This document shows, piece by piece, positions 45,301-61,700 of a stretch of DNA of 64,000 nt. Positions within the stretch are counted from its first letter, which is position 1. Each line of letters starts with the position of its first letter. The position numbers and the translations under genes were made by a program. This DNA is from the human T2T-CHM13v2.0 reference genome, Homo sapiens. Location: assembly GCF_009914755.1 (NCBI RefSeq), contig NC_060937.1. One strand, given 5' to 3'. Below the pieces are notes generated by a model. The model was not told where the DNA came from. It did not search any database and saw only the letters and a list, made by a program, of their open reading frames with translations.

Positions 45301-45550
45301 TCCATTCCATTCCATTCCATTCCATTCCATTCCACTCGGGTTTATTCCATTCCATTCCATTCCATTTTATTCCATTCCATTCCGTTCCATTCCATTCCAT
45401 TCCATTCCATACCATTCCACTCGGGTTGATTCCATACCATTCTATTCCATTCCACTCTGGTTGATTCTTTTCCATTCCATTCCATTCCATTCCATATCAT
45501 TCCATTCCACTCCATTTCATTCCATTCCACTCCATTCCATTCTATTACAT
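42390..45550 (+). repeat. ~1.55-kb tandem dimer with private variants
   Basis: ATGCCATTCGGG (42641/44190), CCAATTGTGTTG, CCCGGG (42802/44351), AATCAATACC and CCAGGCCATTGTATTAG (43398/44957) recur at offsets 1549-1559. The start motif ATATCATTCC...TCTAT(G/T)ACAT is at 42391, 43930 and ~45494. Confidence 0.85.
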
Positions 45551-48500
45551 TCCACTCCATTCCAATCCATTCCATTCCAATCGGGTTGATTCCATTACAT
45601 TCCATTCCATTCTGTTCCACTCAGGTTGATTCTTTTCCATTCCATTCCATTTTATTCCACTCCACTCGGTTTGATTCCATTCCATTCCATTCCATTCCAT
45701 TCCTTCCATTCCATTCGTGTTGATGCCATTCCAATCCATACCGTTCCATTCCATTCCATTCCGTCCCATTCTTTTCGTGTTGTTTCCATTCCATTCCATT
45801 CCACTCCATTCCAATCCATTACATTCCACCCGGGTTGAATCCATTCCTTTCCATTCCAATCCATTCCATTCCTTTCCAATCCATTCCATTCCATTCAATT
45901 CCACTTGGATTCAATCTATTCTTTCCATTCCATTCCGTTCTGTTCCATTCCATTCCATTGCATTAGATACCATTCCATTCCACTCGGGATGATTCCATTC
46001 TATTCCATTATATTCCGTTCAATTCCATTGCATTCCATTCCATTCCATTCCACTCGTGTTGATTCCCCTGCATTCCATTCCATTCCATTCCACTTGGGTT
46101 GATTCCATTCCGTTCCTTTCCATTGCATTCCATTCCATTCCATTCCATTCCATTCTATTCCATTCCATTCCGTTCCATTCCATTCGTGTTGATGCCATTC
46201 CAATCAATACCATTCCATTCTATTTCATTGCATTCCGTTCCATTCCTTTCTTGTTGATTCCATTCCATTCCATTCCACTCCATGCCAAACCATTAGATTC
46301 CACTCGGGTTGAGTCCATTCCTTTCCATTCCAATCCATTCAATTCCTTTCCAATCCATTCCATTCCATTCAATTCCACATGGACTCAATGTATTCTTTCC
46401 ATTCCATTCTGTTCTCTTCCATTCCAGGTCATTGCATTAGATACCAATCCATTCCACTTGGGATGATTCCATTCAATTCCATTATATTCCGTTTAATTCC
46501 ATTGTATTCCATTCCATTCCATTCCACTCGGGTGGATTCCAATCCATTCCATTCCACTCGGGTGGATTCCATTCCATTCCATTCCATTCCATTCCATTCC
46601 ATTCCATTCATTTCCACTCTGGTTGATTACATTCCATTCCTTTCCATTTCATTCCATTCCATTCCATTCCATTCCATTCCATTCCATTCCATTCCAATCC
46701 ATTCCAATCCATTCCATTCCACTCCACTCTGGTTGATTCCATTCCATTTTATTCCATTCCATTCCGTTCCATTCCATTCCATTCCATTCCATTCCACTCG
46801 GGTTGATTCCATTCAATTCCATTCCATTTTATTCCATTCCAATCCGTTCCATTCCATTCCATTCTATTCCATTCCATTCCATTCGTGTTGATTCCATTGC
46901 ATTCCATTCCATTCCACTCCATTCCATTACATTTCATTCCATTCCAGTTGATTCCATTCCTTTCCATTCCATTCCATTCCATTCCGTTCCATTCTACTCG
47001 GGTTGATTCCATTCCATTCCTTTTCATTCCATTCGATTTCATTATTTCATTCCACTGGTGTTTATTCCATTCCACTCCATTTCATTCCATTCCATTCCAT
47101 TCGGGTTTATTCCATTTCATTCCATTCCATTCCATTCCATTGCATTCCATTCCTTTCCATTCTATTCCATTCCATTCCATTCCATTGCATTTGTGTTGAT
47201 TCCATTCCATTCCATTCCATTCCACTCCATGCCAGTCCATTACATTCCACTCGGGTTGAATCCTTTCCATTCCGTTCCAATGCATTCCCTTCCATTCAAT
47301 TCCACTCGGATTCAACCAATTCCATTCTATTAAATTCCGTTCCGTTCCACTCCATTCCATTGCATTCCATAACATTCCATTCCACTCGGGTTGATTCCAT
47401 TGAATTCCATCCCATTCCATTCCATTCCATTCTATTGCATTCCATTCCATTCCATTACACTCGTGTTGATTCCCTTCCATTCCATTCCATTCCATTCCAC
47501 TTGGGTTGATTCCATTCCGTTCCTTTCCATTGCATTCCATTCCATTCCATTCCATTCCATTCAATTCCATTCCATTCCATTCGTGTTGATGCCATTCCAA
47601 TCCATACCATTCCATTCCATTTCATTCCTTTCCGTCCCATTCTTTTCATGTTGATTCCATTCCATTTCCATTCCATTCCACTCCATTCCAATCCATTACG
47701 TTCCACTCGGGTTGAATCTATTCCTTTCCATTCCAATCCGTTCCATTCCTTTCTAATCCATTCCATTCCATTCAATTCCACATGGACTCAATCTATTCTT
47801 TCCATTCCATTCCGTTGTGTTCCATTCCAGTCCATTGCATTACATACCAATCCATTCCACATGGGATGATTCCATTCACTTCCATTATATTCCGTTCAAT
47901 TCCATTGTATTCCATTCCATTCCATTCCATTCCGGTGGATTCCAATCCATTCCATTCCACTCGGGTGGATTCCATTCCATTCCATTCCATTCCATTCCAT
48001 TCCATTCCATTACACTCTGGTTGATTCCATTCCATTCCTTTCCATTTCATTCCATTCCATTCCATTCCATTCCATTCCATTCCATTCCATTCCAATCCAT
48101 TCCTTTCCACTCCACTCTGGTTGATTCCATTCCATTCCATTCCATTCCATTCCATTCCATTCCATTCCATTCCATTCTATTCCACTCGGGTTTATTCCAT
48201 TCCATTCCATTCCATTTTATTCCATTCCATTCCGTTCCATTCCATTCCATTCCATACCATTCCACTCGGGTTGATTCCATACCATTCCATTCCATGCCAC
48301 TCGGGTTGATTCTTTTCCATTCCATTCCATTCCATTCCATTCCATTCCATTCCATTTCATTCCATTCCACTCCATTCCATTCTATTCCATTCCACTCCAT
48401 TCCAATCCATTCCATTCCACTCGAGTTGATTCCATTCCATTCCATTCCATTCTGTTCCACTCAGGTTGATTCCTTTCCATTACATTCCATTTTATTCCAC

Positions 48501-51500
48501 TCCACTCGGGTTGATTCCATTCCATTCCATTCCATTCCATTCCATTCCATTCCATTCCATTGCATTCCACTCATGTTGATTCCATTGCATTGCATTCCAT
48601 TCCACTCCATTCCATTCCATTTCATTCCATTCCAGTTGATTCCATTCCTTTCCATTCCATTCCATTCCATTCCATTCCATTCCATTCCATTCCGTTCCAT
48701 TCTACTCGGGTTGATTCCATTCCATTCCATTTCATTCCATTCGATTTCATTCCACTGGTGTTTATTCCATTCCACTCCATTCCATTCCATTCCATTCGGG
48801 TTTATTCCATTTCATTCCATTCCATTCCATTCCATTGCATTCCATTCCTTTCCATTCTATTCCATTCCATTCCATTCCATTCCATTTGTGTTGCTTCCAT
48901 TCCATTCCATTCCATTCCATTCCACTCCATTCCATTCCACTCCATTCCAATCCATTACATTCCACTCGGGTTGAATCCTTTCCATTCCATTCCAATGCAT
49001 TCCCTTCCATTCAATTCCACTCGGATTCAATCAATTGAGTTCTATTCCATTCCGTTCTGTTGCACTCCATTCCATTGCATTCCATACCATTCCATTCCAC
49101 TCGGGTTGATTCCATTGAATTCCATCCCATTCCCTTGCATTCCATGCTATTGTATTCCATTCCATTCCATTCCACTCGTGTTGATTCCTTTCCATTCCGT
49201 TCCATTCCATTCCATGTGGGTTGATTCCATTCCGTTCCTTTCCATTGCATTCCATTCCATTCCATTCCATTCCATTCCATTCCGTTCCATTCCATTCGTG
49301 TTGATGCCATTCCAATCCATATCATTCCATTCCATTGCATTCCATTCCGTTCCATTCCTTTCGTGTTGATTCCATTCCATTCCATTCCACTCCATTCCAA
49401 TCCATTACTTTCCACCCGGGTTGAATCCATTCCTTTCCATTCCAATCCATTCCATTCCTTTCCAATCCATTCTATTCCATTCAACTCCACATGGATTCAA
49501 TCTATTTTTTCCATTCCATTCCGTTCTGTTCCATTCCAGTCCATTGCATTAGATACCATTCCATTCCACTCGGGATGATTCCATTCAATTCCATTATATT
49601 CCGTTCAATTCCGTTGCATTCCATTCCATTCCATTGCACTCGGGTGGATTCCATTCCATTCCATTCCTTTCCATTCCATTCCATTCCATTCCATTCCACT
49701 CTGGTTGATTCCATTCCGTTCCTTTCCATTTCATTCCATTCCATTCCATTCCATTCCATTCCAATCCATTCCATTCCACTCCACTCCGGTTGATTCCATT
49801 CCATTCCATTCCATTCCATTCCATTCCATTCCATTCCACTCCATTCCTTTCCATTCCATTGCATTCCATTCGTGTTGATTCCATTGCATTCCATTCCATT
49901 CCACTCCATTCCATTCCATTTCATTCCATTCCAGTTGATTCCATTCCTTTCCATTCCATTCCATTCCATTCCATTCCATTCCATTCCGTTCCATTCTACT
50001 CGGGTTGATGCCATTCCATTCCATTTCATTCCATTCGATTTCATTCCACTGGTGTTTATTCCATTCCACTCCATTCCATTCCATTCCATTCTGGTTTATT
50101 CCATTCCATTCCATTCCATTCCATTCCATTCGATTCCATTCCATTCCATTCCATTCCACTCTGGTTAATTCCATTCCATTGCTTTCCATTTCATTCCATT
50201 CCATTCCATTCCATTCCATTCCATTCCAATCCATTCCATTCCACTCCACTCTTGTTGATTCCATTCCATTGCATTCCATTCCATTCCATTCCATTCCATT
50301 CCATTCTATTCCATTCCACTCGGGTTTATTCCAGTCCATTCCATTCCATTTTATTCCATTCCATTCAGTTCCATTCCATTCCGTTCCTTACCATTCCACT
50401 CGTGTTGATTCCATACCATTCCATTCCATTCCACTCGGGTTGATTCTTTTCCATTCCATTCCATTCCATTCCATTCCATTCCATTCCATTCCATTCCATT
50501 TCATTCCATTCCATTCCATTCCATTTCATTCTATTCCACTCCATTCCATTCTATTCCATTCCACTCCATTCCAATCCATTCCATTCCACTCCAGTTGATT
50601 CCATTCCATTCCATTCCAATCTGTTCCACTCAGGTTGATTCCTTTCCATTCCATTCCATTATATTCCACTCCACTCGGGTTGATTCCATTCCATTCCATT
50701 CCATTCCATTCCACTCCATTCCATTCCATTCCATTCCATTGCATTCCATTCGTTTTGATTCCATTGCATTCCATTCCATTCCACTCCATTCTATTCCATT
50801 TCGTTCCATTCCAGTTGATTCCATTCCTTTCCATTCCATTCCATTCCATTCCGTTCCATTCTACTTGCGTTGATTCCATTCCATTCCATTTCATTCCATT
50901 CGATTTCATTCCACTGGTGTTTATTCCTTTCCACTCCATTCCATTCCATTCCATTCGGGTTTATTCCATTTCATTCCATTCTATTCCATTCCATTGCATC
51001 CCATTCCTTTCCATTCTATTCCATTTCATTCCATTCCATTTGTGTTGATTCCATTCCATTCCATTCCATTCCATTGCATTCCATTCCACTCTGGTTGATT
51101 CCATTCCGTTCCTTTCCATTTCATTCCATTCCATTCCATTTCATTCCATTCCATTCCATTCCATTCCATTCCATTCCATTCCAATCCTTTCCATTCCACT
51201 CCACTCCGGTTGATTCCATTCTATTCCATTCCATTCCATTCCGTTCCATTCAATTCCATTCCATTCCACTCGGGTTGATTCCATTCCATTCCACTCCATT
51301 TTATTCCATTCCATTCCATTCCATTCCATTCCATTCCATACCATTCCACTCGGGTTGATTCCATACCATTCCATTCCATTCCACTCGGGTTGATTCCTTT
51401 CCATTCTATTCCATTCCATTCCATTCCATTCCATTTGTGTTGATTCCATTCCATTCCATTCCATTCCATTCCATTCCATTCCACTCCATTCCAATCCATT

Positions 51501-54500
51501 ACATTCCACTCGGGTTGAATCCTTTCCATTCCATTCCAATGCATTCCCTTCCATTCAATTCCACTCGGATTCAATCAATTCCATTCTATTCCATTCCGTT
51601 CCGTTCCACTCCATTCCATTGCATTCCATACCATTCCATTCCACTCGGGTTGATTCCATTGAATTCCATCCCATTCCATTCCATTCCATTCTATTGCATT
51701 CCATTCCATTCCATTCCACTCGTGTTGATTCCCTTCCATTCCATTCCATTCCATTCCACTTGGGTTGATTCCATTCCGTTCCTTTCCATTGCATTCCATT
51801 CCATTCCATTCCATTTCATTCCATTCCGTTCCATTCCTTTCGTGTTGATTCCATTCCGTTCCATTCCACTCCATTCCAATCCATTACATTCCCTCGGGTT
51901 GAATCCATTCCTTTCCATTCCAATCCATTCCATTCCTTTCCAATCCATTCCATTCCATTCAAATCCACATGAACTCAATCTATTCTTTCCATTCCATTCC
52001 GTTCTGTTCCATTCCAGTCCATTGCATTAGACACCAATCCATTCCACCTGGGATGATTCCATTCAATTCCATTATATTCCGTTCAATTCCATTGTATTCC
52101 ATTCCATTCCATTCCACTCGGGTGGATTCCAATCCATTCCATTCCACTCGGGTGGATTCCATTCCGTTCCATTCTATTCCATTCCATTCCATTCAATTCC
52201 ACTCTGGTTGATTCCATTCCATTGCTTTCCATTTCATTCCATTCCATTCCATCCCATTCCATTCCATTCCATTCCATTCCATTCCAATCCATTCCATTCC
52301 ACTCCACTCTGGTTGATTCCATTCCATTCCATTCCATTCCATTCCATTCCATTCCACTCGGGTTTATTCCATTCCATTCCATTCCATTTTATTCCATTCC
52401 ATTCCGTTCCATTCCATTCCATTCCATTCCATAACATTCCATACCTTTCCACTCGGGTTGATTCCATACCATTCCATTCCATTCCACTCGGGTTGATTCT
52501 TTTCCATTCCATTCCATTCCATTCCATTCCATTTCATTCCATTCCACTCCAATCCATTCTATTCGATTCCACTCCATTGAAATCCATTCCATTCCACTCG
52601 GGTTGATTCCATTCCATTCCATTCCATTCTGTTCCACTAAGGTTGATTCCTTTCCATTCCATTCCATTTTATTCCACTCCACTCGGGTTGATTCCATTCC
52701 ATTCCATTTCATTCCATTCCATTCCATTCCATTCCATTGCATTCCATTCGTGTTGATTCCATTGCATTCCATTCCATTCCACTCCATTCCATTCCATTTC
52801 ATTCCATTCCAGTTGATTCCATTCCTTTCCACTCCATTCCATTCCATTCCATTACATTCCATTCCGTTCCATTCTACTCGGGTTGATTTCATTCCATTCC
52901 ATTTCATTCCATTCGATTTCATTCCTATGGTGTTTATTCCATTCCACTCCATTTCATTCCATTCCATTCGTGCTTATTCCATTTCATTCCATTCCATTCC
53001 ATTCCATTCCATTCCATTCCATTCAATTCCACATGGATTCAATCTATTCTTTCCATTCCATTCCGTTCTGTTCCATTCCAGTCCATTGCATTAGATACCA
53101 TTTCATTCCACTCGGGATGATTCCTTTCAATTCCATTATATTCCGTTCAATTCCATTGCATTCCATTCCATTCCATTCCACTCGGGTGGATTCCACTCCA
53201 TTCCATTCCATTCCATTCCATTCCATTCCATTCCATTCCATTCTACTCTGGTTGATTCCATTCCGTTCCTTTCCATTCCATTCCATCCCATTCCATTCCA
53301 TTCCAATCCATTCCATTCCACTCCACTCCGGTTGAATCCATTCCATTCCATTCCATTCCATTCCATTCCATTCCATTCCATTGCATTCCATTCCATTCCA
53401 CTCGGGTTGATTCCATTCCTTTCCATTCCATTTTATTCCATTCCATTCCATTCCATTTCATACCATTCCACTCGGGTTGATTCCATACCATTACATTCCA
53501 ATCCACTCGGGTTGATTCCTTTCCATTCCATTCCATTCCATTCCACTCCATTCCACTCCATTCCATTCCATTCCATTCCATTCCATTCCATTCCATTCCA
53601 CTCCATTCCATTCCATTCCCTTCCACTCCATTCCAATCCATTCCATTCCACTCGGGTTGATTCCATTCCATTCCATTCCAATCCATTCCGTTCCATTCGG
53701 GTTGATTCTTTTCCATTCCATTCCATTTTATTCCACTCCACTCGGGTTGATTCCATTCCATTCCATTCCATTCCATTCCATTCCATTCCATTCCATTCCA
53801 TTGCATTCCATTCGTATTGATTCCATTGCATTCCATTCCATTCCACTCCATTCCATTCCATTTCATTCCATTCCAGTTGATTCCATTCCTTTCCATTCCA
53901 TTCCATTCTGTTCCATTCTACTCGGGTTGATTCCATTCCATTCCATTTCATTCCATTCGATTACATTCCACTGGTGTTTATTCCATTCCACTCCATTCCA
54001 TTCCATTCCATTCGGGTTTATTCCATTTCATTCCATTCCATTCCATTCCATTGCATTCCATTCCTTTCCATGCTATTGTATTCCATTCCATTCCATTCCA
54101 CTCGTGTTGATTCCCTTCCATTCCATTCCATTCCATTCCACGTGGGTTTATTCCATTCCGTTCCTTTCCATTGCATTCCATTCCATTCCATTCCATTCCA
54201 TTCCATTCCGTTCCATTCTATTCGTGTTGATTCCATTCCAATCCATATCATTCCGTTGCATTCCATTCCATTCCGTTCCATTCCTATCGTGTTGATTCCA
54301 TTCCATTCCATTCCACTCCATTCCAATCCATTACATTCCACTCGGGTTGAATCCATTCCTTTCCATTCCAATCCATTCCATTCCTTTCCAATCCATTCCA
54401 TTCCATTCAATTCCACATGGATTCAATCTATTCTTTCCATTCTATTCCGTTCTGTTCCATTCCAGTCCATTGCATTAGATACCATTCCATTCCACTCGGG

Positions 54501-55759
54501 ATGATTCCATTCAATTCCATTATATCCTATTCAATTCCATTGCATTCCATTCCATTCCATTCCACTAGGGTGGATTCCACTCCATTCCATTCCATTCCAT
54601 TCCATTCCACTCCATTCCATTCCATTCCATTCCACTCCATTCCAATCCATTCCATTCCACTCGGGTTGATTCCCTTCCATTCCATTCCATTCCATTCCAT
54701 TCCGTTCCACTCAGGTTGATTCCTTTCCATTCCATTCCATTTTATTCCACTCCACTCGGGTTGATTCCATTCCATTCCATTCCATTGCATTCCATTCGTG
54801 TTGATTCCATTGCATTCCTTTCCATTGCTCTCCATTCCATTCCATTTCATTCCATTCCAGTTGATTCCATTCTTTTCCATTCCATTCCATTCCATTCCAT
54901 TCCGTTCCATTCTACACGGGTTGATTCCATTCCATTCCATTTCATTCCATTCGATTTCATTCCACTGGTGTTTATTACATTCCACTCCATTCCATTCCAT
55001 TCCTTTCGGGTTTATTCCATTTCATTCCATTCCATTCCATTCCATTGCATTCCATTCCTTTCCATTCTATTCCATTCCATTCCATTCCATTTGTGTTGAT
55101 TCCATTCCATTCCATTCCATTCCATTCCACTCCATTCCAATCCATTACATTCCACTCGGGTTGAATGCTTTCCATTCCATTCCAATGCATTCCCTTACAT
55201 TCAATTCCACTCGGATTCAATCAATTCCATTCTATTCCATTCCGTTCCGCTCCACACCATTCCACTGCATTCCATACCATTCCATTCCACTCGGGTTGAT
55301 TCCATTGAATTCCATCACTTTCCATTCCATACCATTCTATTGCATTCCATTCCATTCCATTCCACTCGTGTTGATTCCCTTCCATTCCATTCCTTTCTAT
55401 TCCACTTGGGTTGATTCCATTCCGTTCCTTTCCATTGCATTCCATTCCATTCCATTCCATTCCGTTCCATTCCATTCGTGTTGATTCCATTTCATTCCAT
55501 TCCACTCCATTCCAATCCATTACATTCCACTCGGGTTGAATCCATTCCTTTCCCTTCCAATCCATTCCATTCCTTTCCAATCCATTCCATTCCATTCAAT
55601 TCCAAATGGACTCAATCTATTCTTTCCATTCCATTCCGTTAAGTTCCATTCCAGTCCATTGCATTAGATACCAATCCATTCCACTTGGGATGATTCCATT
55701 CAATTCCATTATATTCCATTCAATTCCATTGTATTCCATTCCATTCCATTCCATTCCAC

Positions 55760-58700
55760 TCGGGTTGATTTTTTTCCATTGCATTCCATTCCGTTCCATT
55801 CCATTCCATTTCATTCCATTCCACTCCATTCCATTCTATTGCATTCCACTCCATTCCAATCCATTCCATTCCACTCGAGTTGATTCCATTCCATTCCATT
55901 CCATTTCATTCCATTCTACTCGGGTTGATTCCATTCCATTCCATTCCATTTTATTCCATTCCATTCCGTTCTATTCCTTTCCATTCCATACCATTCCACT
56001 CGGGTTGATTCCATACCATTCCATTCCATTCAACTCGGATTGATTCCTTTCCATTCCATTCTATTCCATTCTATTCCATTCCATTCCACTCCATTCCATT
56101 CCATTCCATTCCACTCCATTCCAATCCATTCCATTCCACTCGGGTTGATTCCATTCCATTCCATTCCTTTCCATTCTGTTCCACTCAGGTTAATTCTTTT
56201 CCATTCCATTCCATTACATTTTGTTCCACTCCACTCGGGTTGATTCCATTCCATTCCATTCCATTCCATTCCATTCCATTCCATTCCATTGCATTCCATT
56301 CGTATTGATTCCATTGCATTCCATTCCATTCCACTCCATTCCATTCCATTTCATTCCATTCCAGTTGATTCCATTCCTTTCCATTCCATTCCATTCCATT
56401 CCATTCCGTTCCTTTCTACTCGGTTGATTCCATTCCATTCCATTTCATTCCATTCGATTTCATTCCACTGGTGTTTGTTCCATTCCACTCCATTCCATTC
56501 CATTCCTTTCGGGTTTATTCCATTTCATTCCATTCCATTCCATTCCATTGCATTCCATTCCTTCCCATTCTATTCCATTCCATTCCATTCCATTTGTGTT
56601 GATTCCATTCCATTCCATTCCATTCCATTCCATTCCATTCCATTCCACTCCATTCCAATCCATTACATTCCACTCGGGTTGAATCCTTTCCATTCCATTC
56701 CAATGCATTCCCTTCCATTCAATTCCACTCGGATTCAATCAATTCCATTCTATTCCATTCTGTTCCGTTCCACTCCATTCCATTGCATTCCATACCATTC
56801 CATTCCACTCGGGTTGATTCCATTGAATTCCATCCCATTCCATTCCATTCCATTCTATTGCATTCCATTCAATTCCATTCCACTCGTGTTGATTCCCTTC
56901 CATTCCATTCCATTCCATTCCACTTGTGTTGATTCCATTCCGTTCCTTTCCATTGCATTCCATTCCATTCCATTCCATTCCATTCCATTCCATTCCATTC
57001 CATTCCATTCCTTTCCATTCCTTTCCATTCTATTCGTGTTGATGCCATTCCAATCCATAACATTCCATTCCATTTCATTCCATTCCATTCCATTCCTTTC
57101 GTGTTGATTCCATTCCATTCCATTCCACTCCATTCCAATCCATTACATTCCACTCGGGTTGATTCCATTCCTTTCCATTCCAATCCATTCCATTCCTTTC
57201 CAATCCATTCCATTCCATTCAATTCCACATGGACTCAATCTATTCTTTCCCTTCCATTCCGTTCTGTTCCATTCCAGTCCATTGCATTAGATACCAATCC
57301 ATTCCACTTGGGATGATTCCATCAATTCCATTATATTCCGTTCAATTCCATTGTATTCCATTCCATTCCATTCCACTCGGGTGGATTCCAATCCATTCCA
57401 TTCCACTCCGGGGGATTCCATTCCATTCCATTCCATTCCATTCCATTCCATTCCACTCTGGTTGATTCCATTCCGTTCCTTTCCTTTTCATTCCATTCCA
57501 TTCCATTCCATTCCATTCCATTCCATTCCACTCCACTCTGGTTGATTCCATTCCATTCCATTCCATTCCATTCCAGTCCACTCGGGTTTATTCCATTCCA
57601 TTCCATTCCATTTTATTCCATTCCATTCCGTTCCATTCCATTCCGTTCCATAACATTTCACTCGGGTTGATTCCATACCATTCCATTCCATTCCACTCGG
57701 GTTGATTCTTTTCCATTCCATTCCATTCCACACCATTCCATTCTATTCCATTCCACTCCTTTCCAATCCATTCCATTCCACTCGAGGTGATTCCATTCCA
57801 TTCCATTCCATTCTGTTCCACTCAGGTTGATTCCTTTCCATTCCATTCCATTTTATTCCACTCCACTCGGTTTGATTCCATTCCATTCCATTCCATTCCA
57901 TTCCTTTCCATTCCATATCATTCCATTCGTGTTGATTCCATTGCATTCCATTCCATTGCACTCCATTCCATTCCATTTCATTCCATTCCAGTTGATTCCT
58001 TTCCTTTCCATTCCATTCCATTCCATTCCGTTCCATTCTACTCGGGTTGATTTCATTCCATTCCATTTCATTCCATTCGATTTCATTCCACTAGTGTTTA
58101 TTCCTTTCCACTCCATTCCATTCCATTCCATTCGGGTTTATTCCATTTCATTCCATTCCATTCCATTCCATTGCATTCCATTCCTTTCCATTCTATTCCA
58201 TTCCATTCCATTCCATTTGTGTTGCTTCCATTCCATTCCACTCCATTCCAATCCATTACATTCCACTCGGGTTGAATCCTTTCCATTCCATTCCAATGCA
58301 TTCCCTTCCATTCAATTCCACTCGGATTCAATCAATTCCATTCTATTCCATTCCGTTCTGTTCCACTCCATTCCATTGCATTCCATACCATTCCATTCCA
58401 CTCGGGTTGATTCCACTGAATTCCATCCCATTCCATTCCATTCCATGCTATTTCATTCCATTCCATTCCATTCCACTCTTGTGATTCCCTTCCATTCCAT
58501 TCCATTCCATTCCACTTGGGTTGATTCCATTCCGTTCCTTTCCATTGAATTCCATTCCATTCCATTCCATTCCGTTCCATTCCATTCGTGTTGATGGCAT
58601 TCCAATCCATACCATTCCATTCCATTCCATTCCATTCCGTTCCATTCCTTTCGTGTTGATTCCATTCCATTCCATTCCACTCCATTCCAATCCATTACAT

Positions 58701-61700
58701 TCCACTCGGGTTGAATCCATGTCTTTCCATTCCAATCCATTCCATTCCTTTCCAATCCATTCCATTCCATTCAATTCCACATGGATTCAGTCTATTCTTT
58801 CCATTCCATTCCGTTCTGTTCCATTCCAGTCCATTGCATTAGATACCATTCCATTCCACTCGGGATGATTCCATTCAATTCCATTATATTCCGTTCCATT
58901 CCGTTCCTTTCCATTCCATTCCATTCCATTCCATTCCATTCCAATCCATTCCATTCCACTCCACTCCGGTTGATTCCTTTCCATTCCATGCCGTTCCATT
59001 CCATTCCATTCCACTCGGGTTGATTCCATTCCATTCCATACCACTCCATTCCATTCCATTCCATTCCACTCCTTTCCAATCCATTCCATTCCACTCGGGT
59101 TGATTCCATTCCATTCCATTCCATTCCATTCCATTCCATTCCATTCCATTCCATTCCTTTCCATTGCATTCCATTCGTGTTGATTCCATTGCATTCCATT
59201 CCATTCCACTCCATTCCATTCCATTTTATTCCATTCCAGTTGATTCCATTCCTTTCCATTCCATTCCATTCCATTCCATTTCGTTCCATTCTACTCGGGT
59301 TGATTCCATTCCATTCCATTTCATTCCATTCGATTTCGTTCCACTGGTGTTTATTCCATTCCACTCCATTCCATTCCATTACATTCGGGTTTATTCCATT
59401 TCATTCCATTCCATTCCATTCCATTGCATTCCATTCCTTTCCATTCTATTCCATTCCATTCCATTCCATTTGTGTTGATTCCATTCCATTCCATTCCACT
59501 CCATTCCGATCCATTACATTCCACTCGGGTTAAATCCTTTCCATTCCATTCCAATGCATTCCCTTCCATTCAATTCCACTCGGATTCAATCAATTCCATT
59601 CTATTCCATTCCGTTCTGTTTCACTGCATTCCATTGCATTCCATACCATTCCATTCCACTCGGGTTGATTCCATTGAATTCCATCCCATTCCATTCCATT
59701 CAATTCCATTGCATTCCACTCCATTCCATTACATTCCATTCCACTCTGGTTGATTCCATTCCATTCCATTCCACTGGATTCCATTCCATTGCTTTCCAAG
59801 CCATTCCATTACATTCCATTCCACTCGGATTGATGCCATTCCATTCCATTCCAATCCATTCCATTCCATTTCATTCCATTCCATTGTATTCAATTCCACT
59901 CGGGTTGTTTCCATTCCATTCCAGTAATTTCCATTCCATTCCATTCAATTGCATTCCATTCCATTCCATTCCATTCCATTCCATTCCATTTGACTCAGGT
60001 TGATTCCGTTCCATTCCATTCCATTCCATTTCATTCCAGTTGATTCCATTGCATTAAATTCCTTTCCATTGCAATCCATTCCATTCCATTCCATTCCAAT
60101 CGGGTTGATTCCATACCATTCCATTCCATTCATTCCTTTCCATTCCATTCCAATCCAGTCGGGTTGATTCCATTCCATTACTTTCCATTCCATTCCATTC
60201 CTTTCCATTCCAATCCTCTCGGGTTGATTCCGTTGCATTCCGTTCCTTTCCAATGTACTTGGGTTGATTCCCTTCCCTTCCCTTCCATTCCATTCCATTC
60301 CATTACATTCCATTACATTCCATTCCATTCATTTACATTACACTCCTGTTGATTCCATAGCATTCCATTCCATTCCTTTCCATTCCATTCCATCCCATTC
60401 GTGTTGATTCCATTCTATTCTGTTCCATTCCATTCCATTCCATTCCATACCATTCCACTCGGCTTGATTCCATACCATTCCATTCCATTCCACTCGAGTT
60501 GATTCCATTCCATTCCATTCGCTTCCATTCCATTCCATTCCATTCCATTCCACTCCATTCCATTCCATTCCACTCCATTCAATTCCATTCCATTTCACTC
60601 CATTCCATTCCATTCCATTCCACTCCATTCCATTCCATTCCATTCCATTCCACTCCATTCCATTCCATTCCATTCCATTCCACTCGGGTTGATTCTATTC
60701 CATTCCATTCCACTCTACTCCACTCCTTTGCATTCCATTCCACTCGGGTTGATTCCATTCCATTCCATTCCAATCCATTCCATTCTATTCAATTCCACAT
60801 GGATTCAATCTATTCTTTCCATTCCATTCCGTTCTGTTCCATTCCATTCCATGGCATTAGATACCATTCCATTCCACTCGGGATGATTCCATTCAATTCC
60901 ATTATATTCCGTTCAATTCCATTGTATTCCATTCCATTCCATTCCACTCGGGTGGATTCCAATCCATACCATTCCACTCCGGGGGATTCCATTCCATTCC
61001 ATTCCATTCCATTCCGTTCCATTCCACTCTGGTTGATTCCATTCCGTTCCTTTCCTTTTCATTCCATTCCATTCCATTCCATTCCATTCCATTCCATTCC
61101 ATTCCATTCCAATCCATTCCATTCCACTCCACTCTGGTTGATTCCATTCCATTCCATTCCATTCCATTCCATTCCATTCCACTCGGGTTTATTCCATTCC
61201 ATTCCACTCCATTTTATTCCATTCCATTCCGTTCCATTCCATTCCGTTCCATAACATTCCACTCGGGTTGATGACACACCATTCCATTCCATTCCACTCG
61301 GGTTGATTCTTGTCCATTCCATTCCATTCCACACCATTCCATTCTATTCCATTCCACTCCATTCCAATCCATTCCATTCCACTCGAGTTGATTCCATTCC
61401 ATTCCATTCCATTCTGTTCCACTCAGGTTGATTCCTTTCCATTCCATTCCATTTTATTCCACTCCACTCGGTTTGATTCCATTCCATTCCATTCCATTCC
61501 ATTCCATTTTATTCAATTCGTGTTGATTCCATTGCATTCCATTCCATTCCACTCCATTCCATTCTATTCCGTTCCATTCTACTTGGGTTGATTCCATTCC
61601 ATTCCATTTCATTCCATTCGATTTCATTCCACTGGTGTTTATTCCTTTCCACTCCATTCCATTCCATTCCATTCGGGTTTATTCCATTTCATTCCATTCC

